From: Elsinoe ampelina
Taxonomy: Eukaryota
Assembly (NCBI GenBank): GCA_010093995.1
Contig: ML992501.1
Coordinates: 578,227-642,226, forward strand
DNA length: 64,000 bases
Reading direction: 5' to 3'
In this document: in pieces, positions 35,901-47,615 of the stretch
Position numbering within the stretch: position 1 is the stretch's first letter
Layout of the letters: every line of letters begins with the position of its first letter
Program-made: the position numbers and the translations under genes
The notes under the pieces: model-generated
Told to the model about the DNA's origin: nothing
Seen by the model: the letters and a program-made list of their open reading frames with translations, nothing else
Database searches by the model: none

Positions 35901-36300
35901 TTTGCCGGGAGATTGGACAGTCGCTGTAAGCAATCGAGGTCAGTTGGGAGTAAGAGGTGAAGGCGGGGCTCGTGAAAGCAGAGAGATTTACTGTCCTTGC
36001 CAATCCTCGGGAGATTGGTAGTGTCGCTGTCTATAGAAGGGTCCAGTACATTGCTGTTCAGATCTAGCGGCCTTACGAAAGGCTCATCCAGTATATCGAT
36101 CTATCCTACCTCGCTGAAGGAGATGTAGTCACGTTGTGAGACACGGTGGACGCGGTTCTGGAGGCGGAAATTTCCCCTGCGCTGCCCCACGTTGACGCCA
36201 TTTTGCCGGATCCTCCCGACAGCTGGCGACAACTGTGGTGGCGGAACAGATCTGCGTCTCTCACATCCCAACAGCACAACATTTCACGGCCTTACAGATT

Positions 36301-36933
36301 ATGGAGATTACCAGCGAGCAGGAAGAGGTTAGCATTCTGTTGCTTGGTGATGCGGAGGTAGGGAAGTCGACGTTCCTTTCGTATGTCCTGTGCTATTGAT
36401 CTGCCACCACTTATCTAATCACGTGAAGACGTCTATCAGCACTGAAGGAAGGCCCATCGATCAAGCGGCTGCCTGTCTTACGAGACTCTGAACAGCCATT
36501 CGTATTCGATGTGACCATGTATCGAAAGTCTTTCAGGCTAGAGTTCTACGACACGGCCTCACCAACGTCTTATCTTCTTCAGCGTCCGTCAATCATTATA
36601 CTATGCTTTTCAATCGTAGATCGAAAATCTCTGTTCTCTCTCCACTCCACTTGGAAGGATGTCGTCGAAGCGAATTTCAACCTGAACGAGCAGATTCCTG
36701 TTCTGGTCCTGGGACTCAAGCGCGATCTGCGGAGAGAGCACGATTCTGAATCCATCTATCCGCATGAGGCCGTCTCCATTGCTCAGGCCATGCGATGCGA
36801 CAGGTACTGCGAGTGCAGTGCACTCACTGGCGAGCTTTGCGATCTAGTATTCGAGGACATTGCCAAGACTGCAGCGGCCACGACGACCGAGGAAGGAGGG
36901 CGAAGTCAAGGACCAGCATGCAGTGTAATGTAG
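36301..36933 (+). CDS. atypical Rho-family small GTPase with CaaX
   Basis: G1 LLLGDAEVGKST, intron 36381-36428, G3 FYDTASP, G4 LGLKRD, G5 ECSAL, C-terminal CSVM. Confidence 0.85.
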
Positions 36934-38519
36934 ACTGCAGCATGCAGAGATGGCTTCTGTATCCAAGCTTTCTTGAAAGGCAGCGATTCTGGTCGATATT
37001 CTGCATACTTTCAAGCGGAGGGTTCGTCAATCAACCTCCGTTCGACCCGCCTGATTTGAACAAGTCAACGGTCTTTCCACGACAGGAAGGACAGGCCGTA
37101 TACCTTTTTGACTCGGGATCGGTGTCCTGTAGCAGTCATGGAGCAATACACACTATCGCTCAGATGGTACTACGTTCAGGTCTCTTGTCAACATGGCGGC
37201 CAGCTCCGAGACACACAGCGGAAGTTACAAGTGCTGTTCCGACATACCGTCCGATACCGACTACTCCTGGTGAAGGGATCAAGCAGGTCATGCAAGCCTG
37301 TCGTGGCTGTACAGATTACGACGACCGGCCAGATCCTATCAAGATTATTACCTGCATGCACTGGGTACATGAAAGTCAAAATCCACTTTCTAATAAGCCC
37401 TTGAAGATACATCGATGCGCTTTGCCAGCGAAGGAAGCAAGCTACTGCAAGGGCCTGTTGTGAGGAAGTGGGGGAAGGGCGTGTCTTGGAGCCAAGGTGC
37501 ACAGCGAGTCAGTCACCATGGAAGGGCTGTCATGGTTCCATGCACGTGTTCAAGCCATGGCACAGCCGCAAGTGGCCTGTGACTACACACAGTGACAGGA
37601 GCCATCAGGTACGGGCAAAGACTGAGCACCGCAGTGATTGTCTCACCAATGGCCACTACCATACATGCGGCTGCCTGACAGGCGAGGAACGACCTCTCCT
37701 GCTCAGAATAGTGAACAGAACAAGAACCGATGATCAAGCACCGAAATGTGCACTTCTGGCGAGATTGTAACCCTGTTCCCGGAACAGCCCTGCTTGGCCA
37801 CATATTGATCGGCGGGATGCAGACGACCCTTGGCCATCGCCCGCCTCAGCTCAGTTTCGGAGAATATTCTGTCTCGCATTCATTCCAAGCGAGGATACTT
37901 CATTTCATGCATCTCTCCGCGTGATCATTTTATCCATGAGTACATGTCCTCGCCGTCGCTTGCTTGTACTCCAACTAGTCATGAAGTCGTGAGATAAGGG
38001 TTCCCAGATATTAAAGTCGGGCACGTCCGAAGTTCGCGTAATAGCATGTCGCATTTCGACCAAAGCAAGACAGCGGCAGATCACCCACCATTCCTGATCG
38101 TTCTCGTGCTTGTTTGCATTTTAGCCAATCACTCGCGCACTCATTCACGTTTCATGCAGATCATGCCGACCTCCACCCATTTTCGGGGTTGTTTAAGCTC
38201 TCCTGCTTCCGCTCATTTCCTTCTTCACCTACCACATCCGTCCGAGGGGTTCAATGGACGGAGGGCAAACCGCGCTTGGCATGCATCGCCGACCACACGG
38301 GTTATCCTGGACTGATATGAGTGGATGCGGAGATGTGTGTTCCTGAGCGGTCAAGGCGCTATCTGTCGCTAGGGTTTGGACGAGTAGCATGCGGTCGTCT
38401 GGGAATGTGGTATCGATTGTAATCAGCAGGGCATCGTGGCGATTGTCTATAAAGGTCTTGGAATGCCCACGTGAAACGGAGAGTATTCAGATCATCTCAA
38501 GACATCAGCCTCAATCATC

Positions 38520-39315
38520 ATGAAGACCGCCATCATCTTGTCCGTCGTTGCCTCTGCGCTTGCCGCTCCTCTCCAGATCCGCGAGGCGGCTCCTGTGAGT
38601 ACTCCACTTCTTCACCTTGATGCTTCAGCCTCTGGCCCGTACGCTTGGGCAAAAGACGCTTGGACTGCTGCTTATTTGGAGGGTGTATTTTGAGCATGTT
38701 CTAATTTGCTTGCTAGCCTGGGATCCCTTCCGCCTCCACCGCGCAGACCCAACTCAATGGTCTGACCGTCCGTGCCACTGGCTCCTCGACTGGCTACTCT
38801 CGTGATCTGTTCCCCCACTGGATTACCATCAGCGGGGCATGCAACACGCGTGAGACTGTCCTCGCTCGCGACGGCACTGGTGTCGTTCAGGACTCTTCGT
38901 CTTGCGCCGCCAACTCAGGCACCTGGAGGTCACCATACGATGGTGCGACCTGGACAGCTGCTTCGGACGTAGACATTGACCACATGGTCCCGCTGGCCAA
39001 CGCATGGAGGGTGAGTCCCCATCCTGGCAGCTTCATCGGAAATCACCACTAACATTGAACCAGTCCGGTGCTTCCTCGTGGACCACCGCTCGCCGCCAGG
39101 CCTTTGCCAACGACCTCAGCGCTCCTCAGCTCTGGGCCGTCACCGACAACGTAAACCAGTCGAAGAGCGACCAGTCCCCTGACCAGTGGTTGCCTTCCCT
39201 CACCAGCTTCCACTGCACATATGCTCGCTCTTGGATCGCCGTCAAGAACAAGTACGCTCTCAGCATCACCAGCGCCGAGAAGACTGCTCTTCAGACTGCC
39301 CTGAACCGTTGCTAG
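38520..39315 (+). CDS. secreted HNH-type nuclease (DUF1524/GmrSD C-terminal-like)
   Basis: Signal peptide MKTAIILSVVASALA; introns 38595-38716 and 39011-39063; GYSRDLFPHW, CNTRETVLARDG, W.SPYDG, DIDHMVPL..AW, FANDL..PQLWAVTDNVNQSKSD. TATAAA near 38448. Confidence 0.9.
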
Positions 39316-40130
39316 ATGTCCATACGAGCCAAAAGGCCCAATAGCAGGGATGGAACTTGCCGTCACTGTCAGGCGTCCTGGGCGTATAGCGCCGGGCGGT
39401 GGAACCAAAGCCTCGTAGGGCGAACCGCATCCTTCTGGCTTGAAAGGCAGATTCTTGTACATACTTCATGCTGCACATTATTGAGGTGGAAAAAGTTCTT
39501 CGAGACGAGACAGTCTGAAAAGCTATCACGAATGTTATTTGAACCCAAACCTCATCGGATGTTCGCGCCTGGGTCATTTGATGCATGAGGACTAATGCTC
39601 TAGCATGCGCATAATCACCGTAGACACAAGAGTCCAGTAGCCATGGGACGTGATGCATCACCAAAGTATGTTCGCTCGTCAAAGTGTCAGGTAAATTACC
39701 ATGTAGGCCGCCCTATGGGATACCACAAACTGCTTCGAGCATGAGCGCGGCTTTCGAGACGAACGCCATACAAGCATTCCTGCCGGGAATAGCCAGAGAC
39801 GTCAATCGAGCTTGGTATCGCCATGTCAAACGATCTAGCGCAGCGCAAGAGCCGCTCTCATTCGTCGTAGGATGCTCGTTCAGTCATCCTACAGAGTCAA
39901 GTGAGAGAGGAACCAGGCAAAGGAGCCAAAATTGGAGACACGGCAGTCGGCCTGTCTTGTTGGTTGGCCCGTGCGCTTTTGTCAGCCGGTGCAAGGCAAC
40001 CAAGTCAAGGCGCAGTCATGCCACCCTTCAAATGCATCTCTAACGCTCTCTTCCACCTCCGTCATCCCTCACTTCACCTATCGAATCACTACCTGGACTT
40101 GAGGAACCAAACATCTGGATAGTGATCATC

Positions 40131-41399
40131 ATGTCTGGAGTACACGGCCAGATCTTTGGCCACTTGGCCAAGCGAGGCGTCGAGCTGATCTCGACTGGTG
40201 GCTATTCGACGACTTCGGAGGTTCATGGAAAATCAGTCGACAACTCGCCTGCGGAGAATCCGGCGTGGGGCATGATTGTCATTCCCTTGACTGTCGTTCT
40301 GTTTCTGGTAGTGTATGCATCGGTATGTTGAGGCAAAGCAAGCTATACAGGACACTAGGCTAAATCAAGTGTGCAGGTCAAGTACACCCTCGGCGAAGTC
40401 GTTGCCTCACTCGCCATGATCGAACAGCCAAAGACTCTTATCGTGTCCGAGCTACGACCTGCAGATGATGACAGCAAGAACAATGTCGACGCGCCGCTGG
40501 CGAAGGACCGTCTTCTGGACGAGGAGGTTACCATATATAGAGAGAAGCCCATCACAGCATCGATCCGCCAGACCGTTCGTCATCTCGCCTCTGTGGGTGG
40601 CTATACGGCACGATGGAGAGGTCTCTCGGTCAGCGTCGTTTACCACCTGTTGCAGGCTATTACCGGACACGCTATCGCGGTTCTCCTGTCCTTCATCCCC
40701 AAGCTAGGAGCCGTGAGCTTCATCATTGCCAACATCTTGGCAACAGTCCTCCTCGCACGCATCCACATGACTTGGACACACATTATGATCTCCAACCCTT
40801 CTCCTCTTCCGTGGTATCGCCGCATTCCCCATGGAAGGACCTATTTCAAGGCTCTCATCACACCTTCATTCATCTTCGCGATCGCACAGTACCTGACTGT
40901 GCTCCTCCCTATGATGGTCTACCTTTCCTTCGGCCCCATGAAGAGCTCTGCTCCAGACGCAGATGGCATTCGGGTGGTCGCCGACCCGAAGCACGAACTC
41001 TTTCGTCTCGGCGCCACTCTTGCAACCATGGCATTCGTTGCCATCGCGTTGCTCCTACCAGCCAGCGTAACTCTCACACGCGTCGAAGCGTCGCTTCTGC
41101 CAGACGACTACGAGACCATCGTCAACTTTGACCGTACCCTTGGTGGCGCCGCTGCCAATTTAGTCGGGTTCGGCAAGATCAACTTCCGTGCTTTGTACGA
41201 CGCTGCATGGCGTAGCTTCGACAAGCCCAGCCGCATCAGGTTGATCAAGTTTTACGTCAAGTACTTCTGCATCTTGTTCGCCTTGGTCATGATGTTCACG
41301 ATAGTCATTGGTGCCGAGGTCGCAACATTCGGTAGTTCCAAGTTCTTGCTGGTTGTGCAGGGTGCGCACTCGACTGTCGAGAGTGCTGCGAGGCATTAG
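40131..41399 (+). CDS. conserved fungal multi-pass membrane protein
   Basis: Intron 40323-40376; YTLGEVVASLAMIE, KPITASIRQTVRHL, PASVTLTRVEASLLPDDYETIVNFDRT; about 7 hydrophobic segments. Confidence 0.8.
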
Positions 41400-41729
41400 G
41401 CTGGATAGTAGCTGTTGAGCAAGATGTACATGTTCACGAGCGACTGCGGGTGGGCACGGGCATAATGGGACTGGTGTACTCTAGCGATTCAAATGACTAT
41501 TTCTGTATCCAATTGGTTCTCTGTTCCGTCAAACCCCTGAACGTGTGCTGTGTTCTGTGGGCGTTTGCCCCTCGACCACATCCACCCTTCCCGCGGGGTC
41601 TTGACGTCACCTCCACTCTCTCGCTCTCCGAGCTTCCATCAGCTCGAGCATCAAACACAAATACCTCTACTTCGCCACACCCCAGGCCTCCCTTTGACAA
41701 ATCCTCACCACAGCATCACGACTATATCC

Positions 41730-42338
41730 ATGCGCCTCCCCCCCTTCCTCCTGCGCACCTTCTACGCCTGCACCAACACCACAACCCGCACATTCCCACC
41801 CTCACCCATCCCGGCCACCCTCCGACCCATCGCCCTCAAATCCATGCCCACGATCCCCTTCCTCGGCTCCCTCTTCAGCACCACCACCACCAGCGCCCAA
41901 TCCACCATGTCCTTCCCGGTCCACAAACCCGACAGCGAATGGCGCGCGCAACTCACCCCCGAACAATTCCGCATCCTCCGCGAAAAAGGCACCGAAGCGC
42001 CCTTCACGGGCGAATACGACAAACACTACCCTTCCTCGGGGGTGTACACGTGCGCCGGGTGCGAGGCGCCCCTGTACACGGCCAAGCAGAAATTCAAGAG
42101 CGGGTGCGGGTGGCCGGCGTTTTTCGACACGGTACCCGGGGCGGTGACGCGGAACGTGGACCGCACGTTTGGGATGGAGAGGGTCGAGATCGTGTGTAGT
42201 AATTGCGGGGGCCATTTGGGGCATGTTTTCAAGGGGGAAGGGTATGGGACGCCGACGGATGAGAGGCATTGTGTTAATAGTGTGAGTATTAAGTTTGGGA
42301 AGGAGGATCCGGTCATGGAGAAGGAGAGTAAGGTGTAG
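41730..42338 (+). CDS. MXR2: peptide methionine-R-sulfoxide reductase MsrB
   Basis: EWRAQLTPEQFRILREKGTEAPF, CAGC, SGCGWPAF, CSNCGGHLGHVF, ERHCVNSVS; N-terminal presequence-like extension. Confidence 0.95.
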   Translation: MRLPPFLLRTFYACTNTTTRTFPPSPIPATLRPIALKSMPTIPFLGSLFSTTTTSAQSTMSFPVHKPDSEWRAQLTPEQFRILREKGTEAPFTGEYDKHYPSSGVYTCAGCEAPLYTAKQKFKSGCGWPAFFDTVPGAVTRNVDRTFGMERVEIVCSNCGGHLGHVFKGEGYGTPTDERHCVNSVSIKFGKEDPVMEKESKV

Positions 42339-42730
42339 GTGGTGGAGGGAGCGGATGCATGAGGCGGCGCAGGGTTGGTGAGGGGTTGGTAGAGGGGGAG
42401 TTCTGGAGACAGATAGGGTGTGGAGGGGGTGAGTTTCATTGGGCAATGGGAAACGTAGTCGCGGTTGTACTGCACTTCGCCGTGGAGAACCTGTGGATCG
42501 ATCTATAAGGAGTTTGTCCAACCAAGATGAGAAGAAGCGTTGCAAGTGGTCGTGAGAGTGACTTGGCCTGTGGCCACAAGCACGTATCCTTTGACGGTGG
42601 AGAGGATGGGACCTAGCCAGGTCGAAGCCCTCCATGATGAAGTAGTGTTCAAGGACATGCCTTCATTACATTATATAACACCACTCTTGCAGACTCCATT
42701 CCTTCACAGAGCGTGCACCACTTCAATTCC

Positions 42731-43774
42731 TTACAGAACATACACCAGCGCTCCGGCAGCCGCCAACAACGCTACATTCACCCCCTCTCTACTCCCCGCC
42801 CCAGGAGATGCAACCACACTCGCCGACGCCGAAGCCTGCCCCCTCGTGGAAGATGCAGTAGGCGTAGTCCCAGCATCAGCCGTAGTGAACAGCGTCGAAG
42901 TCGTCCCGTTCGTCACACCACTCTTGTAACCATTACACAGACCATTATTGCACGTGTTCAGTGCGCAGTTGGCGTCGCTCGAGCAAGTCGCGTTGAACCC
43001 ACCGCAGATCGTGGCCGCCACTGGGGCCGAGGGCGTGAGTGGTGGGTTGTTCAGGCATTGCACGTTGTCCGGACACTGGGCGTCGATTTCGCAGGGTTGG
43101 CCGACTTGGGCGGCGGCGTAGGTGATGACGTTTGTGACGGTTGGGGGAGGGGCGGCGGTTGTGGCGGCGCTGGAGGCTGCTGAGGAGGTGGGGGATGTCG
43201 TGGAGGGTGGAGCCGAGGATGAGAGAGTGGAAGAGGCTGTGGACGAGGCAGTCGTGGTAGTATTAGTTGGCGAGCTGCTGACAATGGTAGAAGTTGTGCT
43301 AGAGAGACCGCCCTTGTAGCCGTTGCAGAGGCCTCGGTTGCACGTGTTTAAGGCACATTGAGAGTCGTCTGTGCAGGTGGCATTGAAGCCGCCACATACC
43401 GGTACGGCGGTGGGAGCTGATGGCGTAAGAGGCGGATTATTATAGCAATAGACACCAGTGGGGCAATCGCTATCGCTAGAGCGGTTTGTACCTAGACTGA
43501 CTGGTGATGATGCAGCTGAGGCTGATGAAGTAGCGGTGGAAGAGGTGCTACTCGGAGTACTCTGGTTGAGCGTGGCAGTCGCGCAGAACTCGCGAATACG
43601 GGCAGAGTCTTCGCCAGTGCATGTCGTCAGGTCACAGGAGCACTTGTTTTGCGAGAAGCCATCCTGGATACACTTTCGGTAGGCGGCCTGGCAGGCGTCG
43701 GCACTCTGTCTCTCGGACAGTGTAGCAGTGGAGATTCCCAGCAGGGCAGCGGACAGAAAAATGATGGACTTCAT
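42731..43774 (-). CDS. secreted, probably GPI-anchored Ser/Thr-rich cell-wall protein with two Cys-rich repeats
   Basis: Signal MKSIIFLSAALLGISTA; two copies of C.NNPPLTPSAP.A...CGGFNATC..D..CALNTCN.GLCNGYK; hydrophobic C-terminus VNVALLAAAGALVYVL. Confidence 0.85.
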   Translation of the reverse strand: MKSIIFLSAALLGISTATLSERQSADACQAAYRKCIQDGFSQNKCSCDLTTCTGEDSARIREFCATATLNQSTPSSTSSTATSSASAASSPVSLGTNRSSDSDCPTGVYCYNNPPLTPSAPTAVPVCGGFNATCTDDSQCALNTCNRGLCNGYKGGLSSTTSTIVSSSPTNTTTTASSTASSTLSSSAPPSTTSPTSSAASSAATTAAPPPTVTNVITYAAAQVGQPCEIDAQCPDNVQCLNNPPLTPSAPVAATICGGFNATCSSDANCALNTCNNGLCNGYKSGVTNGTTSTLFTTADAGTTPTASSTRGQASASASVVASPGAGSREGVNVALLAAAGALVYVL

Positions 43775-43785
43775 GTTGATGAATT

Positions 43786-43835
43786 TGTGGTCGTGGTTGT
43801 GGTTGTAGTTGTGGTTGTAGTTGTGATAGTAGTAA
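43786..43835. repeat. imperfect (GTT/GTG/GTA)n trinucleotide microsatellite in the 5' leader of the cell-wall gene
   Basis: tgtggtcgtggttgtggttgtagttgtggttgtagttgtgatagtagta. Confidence 0.8.
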
Positions 43836-44970
43836 CAAAGACAGAATTTCATGACCTACCAGTGCGACCTTCTTCCGATATACACATTCACACCCGCCGG
43901 AAGCAAGCCAGACATGTGCATGTCACATCCCCAATAAGATGTTGGACCGTCCGTCGGCCCGTTGGATGAAGATGCTTAACTTTTCCTTGTTCGTATTTTG
44001 CCGAAAATAGCTGAAACCAATGATGTCACCTATGCAACCCGACCATGAACAATGTATTGCAGAGCGTTTCACTGAAAGGATATCTCAATGCCAGGTCGGA
44101 ATAGTGACCCGTGATGGAAGCACTTGGGAGGCATAGTAAAGCAAGGTGTGCTGTACATTCGTGGTTGACCAGGGCAGTCTAGCCATGACCTGGATCCGAC
44201 ACCGCCGGGTGACATTCGGGCCGAGTCTGTCAGGCGATGCTTGTCAAACGAGCCTGTACATAATCGAAGATCTGAATGCTGAAAGCCGTACGCCGGGCGC
44301 GGTAGTAATAACACGAGTCCGTACATGAGATGACCTGAAGGTCCAAAAGTGCAAGAGGCGGATGCGACCACTTTCGGACCGAAACTCCGATCACCCGCTC
44401 CAACGCTTCTAGCGTGAACCTTATCAGCTCATCCCCCACACGTTCACGGCATCTTTTCACATGCAACGGGTGACCATCATGCATCAACCCACGCCCATCT
44501 GCATATACAACGTACAACGCATCAAGAAGTACCACTCTAGCTTGTCAATGACCTCAACAATGACTGAATGAGCCAGCCGGCCAATCAAGCCGCGCGATTG
44601 CTGCACTAATGCCCCTGCCATGCGGCCCAGCCACGCGGTGGCGGGCCTGTAGATCTCCAAACCACCTGGTTTTTGGTAGAATATAGCTATCACTTTTGTT
44701 TGCGCTACGCATCTTCTTTTATTCTCACACATTTGCTCGCACTACTACTCGCATTACACAACACTGATATCGTCCATTTCCGTCCGTCAATCTCGTCATC
44801 CCTTCAACCACATTCAAATCGTACAGACGCAACTCGCAATTCAACACTCGGACTCACTCGATCCTCCACAGTTCATCCAACTTCACGCCGAACCTCACAT
44901 CGGGACCTCTGCAGCAAGGCCAAAGACCTCTCTCCCTACCAACCCTCACGCACCAATCATAACCCTCACA

Positions 44971-45114
44971 ATGGTCCGCCGCAACATCGTCGTAGCAATC
45001 ATCATCATCGTCCTCTTCGTCGTTCTCTCGGCAGTCGGCTTCGCCATCTGGTTCGTCACCCGCAACGTGAGCGGCGGAACGAGAAAGAGCGTGCGGAGCA
45101 GGAGTAGTGTCTAG
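44971..45114 (+). CDS. 47-aa single-pass membrane microprotein
   Basis: CACAATGG start context; MVRRNIVVAIIIIVLFVVLSAVGFAIWFVTRNVSGGTRKSVRSRSSV*; strongly C-ending codons. Confidence 0.7.
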   Translation: MVRRNIVVAIIIIVLFVVLSAVGFAIWFVTRNVSGGTRKSVRSRSSV

Positions 45115-45581
45115 CCCTGCTGTCACGCCCCTGCGTGGTCATGTGTGGGAAAGGAGGAACTCGGAGTAGACGATGAATGATGGTGGTGGCTGTTGGTACC
45201 CATCGAAATGGTGGGACCTTAGGAAGATGATCACGGTATCTTGAGTAAGAGAAGGGAGTGACACGAAAGACTAAGCAACACGGAAAAATCGGCGCATAGC
45301 ATTTCACGGCGTTGAAGGATGGGAAACGATACACCAATGGCATAGGCACGAATGAAAGAGACAAGGAACCGGAACGGGAGCAAGCGCAACAGCTGCTCCG
45401 TTCCAGGAGAGGTTCATATACCGGACAAAACATGTACATAACCCAATACAACTTTTACCCACAACACCTCGCTACACGTACACCATGAATATTTCCTTTC
45501 TTCCTCTCCCCGCTCACCTCCTTTTCCCTTCCCGTCCATACCCTTCCAACCCCCTTCGAACCCGTCTCCCCTCCCCACCAA

Positions 45582-47615
45582 CTACCCCCAAATCTCCTCC
45601 CCCGCCCCCGCCGGCCTCCCATCCCCCCAACTCCTCGGCCTCACCCTCTTCCCATTCCCATTGACCCCGTCCTCTTCGCCCTTCCTCTCGCCACCACTCT
45701 CGGGGGGCACGTTGCGCTCTTTCATGACTCTCACCACAGCCTGGCTGGCCGCGTCGAGCCAGTCTTTATCTCCCTCCCTGGCGCGGGATGAGGGGCGGGA
45801 GACAGTCTCTACTTCGGAGGGGTTGGTGTCGCGGTCGGGGGGCCGGCGCCGGGGGATGTGGGTGTCGCGGTCGCGGTCGCGGTCCCGGTCGTCGTCCCGG
45901 TCTCGGTCGCGTTCTCGGTCGCGGTCTCGCTCTTTCTCCCTTTCGGCATCCCGATCGCGTTCTCGGTTTGGGACGGATTGTGGTAGGCCTTGTTGTATCT
46001 CCCTCATCGTCGGCGTGCCCCTCGCGCCTGACCCTGTGCCTGTGGGAGTCGATCCTGCCCCCGCTCCTGCCGTGCTGCTCTCGCTGCAATCGCCTCTGTT
46101 CCCCATCAACTTCGGTGTCTCCCAGAAGAACCTCACTGGCTGCTCCCTGTCCATGCGCAATGGTGGAGCCATGGTCGGACTCGGCCCGTATGTAGCGGGG
46201 GACATGCCTTGACCACTGCCCCTGTCACGGGGATCACGGCGTTCGCGGACACTGTCAATGTCGCCATTCGCGTCGGCCGTGGTACGCGGGGTATCTGCTT
46301 CAACGGCGGTATCGCCTCGTAATCTTCCGCGCCATTTGCCGATCAGACGGTCGTAGTCCCATGCTCTTTTCTCTGGATCGGCTTCGAGATCGCGGAGGGC
46401 TTCGGTGCCGACGGGGAGGGGTTGGGCGGAGAGGAGGTAAGCGTCTTTGGGGTCGAGGGAGCGGACGAGACGTTCGTATTGTTGTCGGAAGAACTCGGCT
46501 TGTTGGCGGGCGAGTTTGAGTTCGGCGCATCTCTCGACACTCTTTTTCTGAGCTTGGGAGTAGGCGCGGAGGACTTCGAGGTGCCATGTTTGATGTTTCT
46601 CTGAGTCGGGAATGCTACCCCAGTGGGCGTAAGAGGTGTCGAGGTGACGGAGGGCGCGAAGGACTTCGGGAGAGGAAAGGTCATAGCCGGCTGTAGCAGC
46701 GCGGGCGGTGATGGTGTCGCGGACGGCTCGGTGTTGTTGCTCGGTAGGAGGATGAAGGGACCACGTTTCTGGAGTGGAGAATGGGTTGAGTGAGAAGAGG
46801 GTCCGTGGACTCGGGAGGAGCTTGAGGCATAAGCTGCTAAAGCTGTGACCAAAGTAGTCAAAGTCGAATAGCGACAATGGGGCAGCTTGAGATCGCGCGG
46901 CATCTATCGAGTCGAGGACCTCACGCAGAGCAAGCTGAGCAGCCTTTCCCGTCTCGTCTCCCTCAACAGTGGCAGGGGATTGTGGTCGTCCGTTCGCGCG
47001 AGCAGCATTCAGGGAAGAGTTGTAGACATTCTTGTAATGATGCTGGAATCGATTCATGTCAGCCGAGAAGCTTGGAAGTCCTGTAATGACGCCGGTGCCC
47101 TGCCAATTCGAGGTACCAAAGGCGTTTCGTACGCGCTCCTCTGGTCGTGAGCGGTCTGGATTTCCTGTAAAGTTGCCCGCAGGTGATAACATGTCCATCT
47201 CTCGCTCCGCCAGACTCGACCTCTTGGCAGCCAGAAGCGGAGGTATATTGGTTTGTATGGGCCGCAAGGGTTCTGTCGCTGACTGAGGCTCCTGGCTGGT
47301 CTCCTGTACATGTCCTTCCCGCGACTCATTGGTATCCTGCTTCTTCAAGCTGTTGCGCGGCTGGCGACGAGTAATCTTGCCGCGCAACTCCCGAATCCTG
47401 GCGACATTGTGGATACCATCTGGCGGCTTCGGATTCTTTGGTTTGATATACAGGTCAAGGTGTCTACCGAGTGAAGAGGATGTAAAAGGCTGATGGCAGA
47501 AGGGGCATTCCTTGTCCTTGGGCGCCTTTGGCTGGTTGCTCGAGTGGTGATCTCCATTATGGCTACCCTCACCGTGAAGAGACGGGGAACGCGAGGAGGC
47601 CTCCGAGTCTGGCAT
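45582..47615 (-). CDS. conserved fungal protein with N-terminal zinc-finger-like motif
   Basis: 677-aa ORF; KDKECPFCHQPFTSSSLGRHLDLYIK...DGIHNV; RD dipeptide tract near the C-terminus. Confidence 0.8.
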   Translation of the reverse strand: MPDSEASSRSPSLHGEGSHNGDHHSSNQPKAPKDKECPFCHQPFTSSSLGRHLDLYIKPKNPKPPDGIHNVARIRELRGKITRRQPRNSLKKQDTNESREGHVQETSQEPQSATEPLRPIQTNIPPLLAAKRSSLAEREMDMLSPAGNFTGNPDRSRPEERVRNAFGTSNWQGTGVITGLPSFSADMNRFQHHYKNVYNSSLNAARANGRPQSPATVEGDETGKAAQLALREVLDSIDAARSQAAPLSLFDFDYFGHSFSSLCLKLLPSPRTLFSLNPFSTPETWSLHPPTEQQHRAVRDTITARAATAGYDLSSPEVLRALRHLDTSYAHWGSIPDSEKHQTWHLEVLRAYSQAQKKSVERCAELKLARQQAEFFRQQYERLVRSLDPKDAYLLSAQPLPVGTEALRDLEADPEKRAWDYDRLIGKWRGRLRGDTAVEADTPRTTADANGDIDSVRERRDPRDRGSGQGMSPATYGPSPTMAPPLRMDREQPVRFFWETPKLMGNRGDCSESSTAGAGAGSTPTGTGSGARGTPTMREIQQGLPQSVPNRERDRDAEREKERDRDRERDRDRDDDRDRDRDRDTHIPRRRPPDRDTNPSEVETVSRPSSRAREGDKDWLDAASQAVVRVMKERNVPPESGGERKGEEDGVNGNGKRVRPRSWGDGRPAGAGEEIWG

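Noticed and set aside
36934..38450. Short ORFs between the GTPase and the nuclease
   Set aside because: No motifs, codon bias or consistent splice structure; treated as intergenic or promoter DNA.
43775..43852. N-terminal extension MKFCLCYYYHNYNHNYNHNHDH of the cell-wall protein
   Set aside because: It is a translated microsatellite; the signal peptide begins at ATG 43774.
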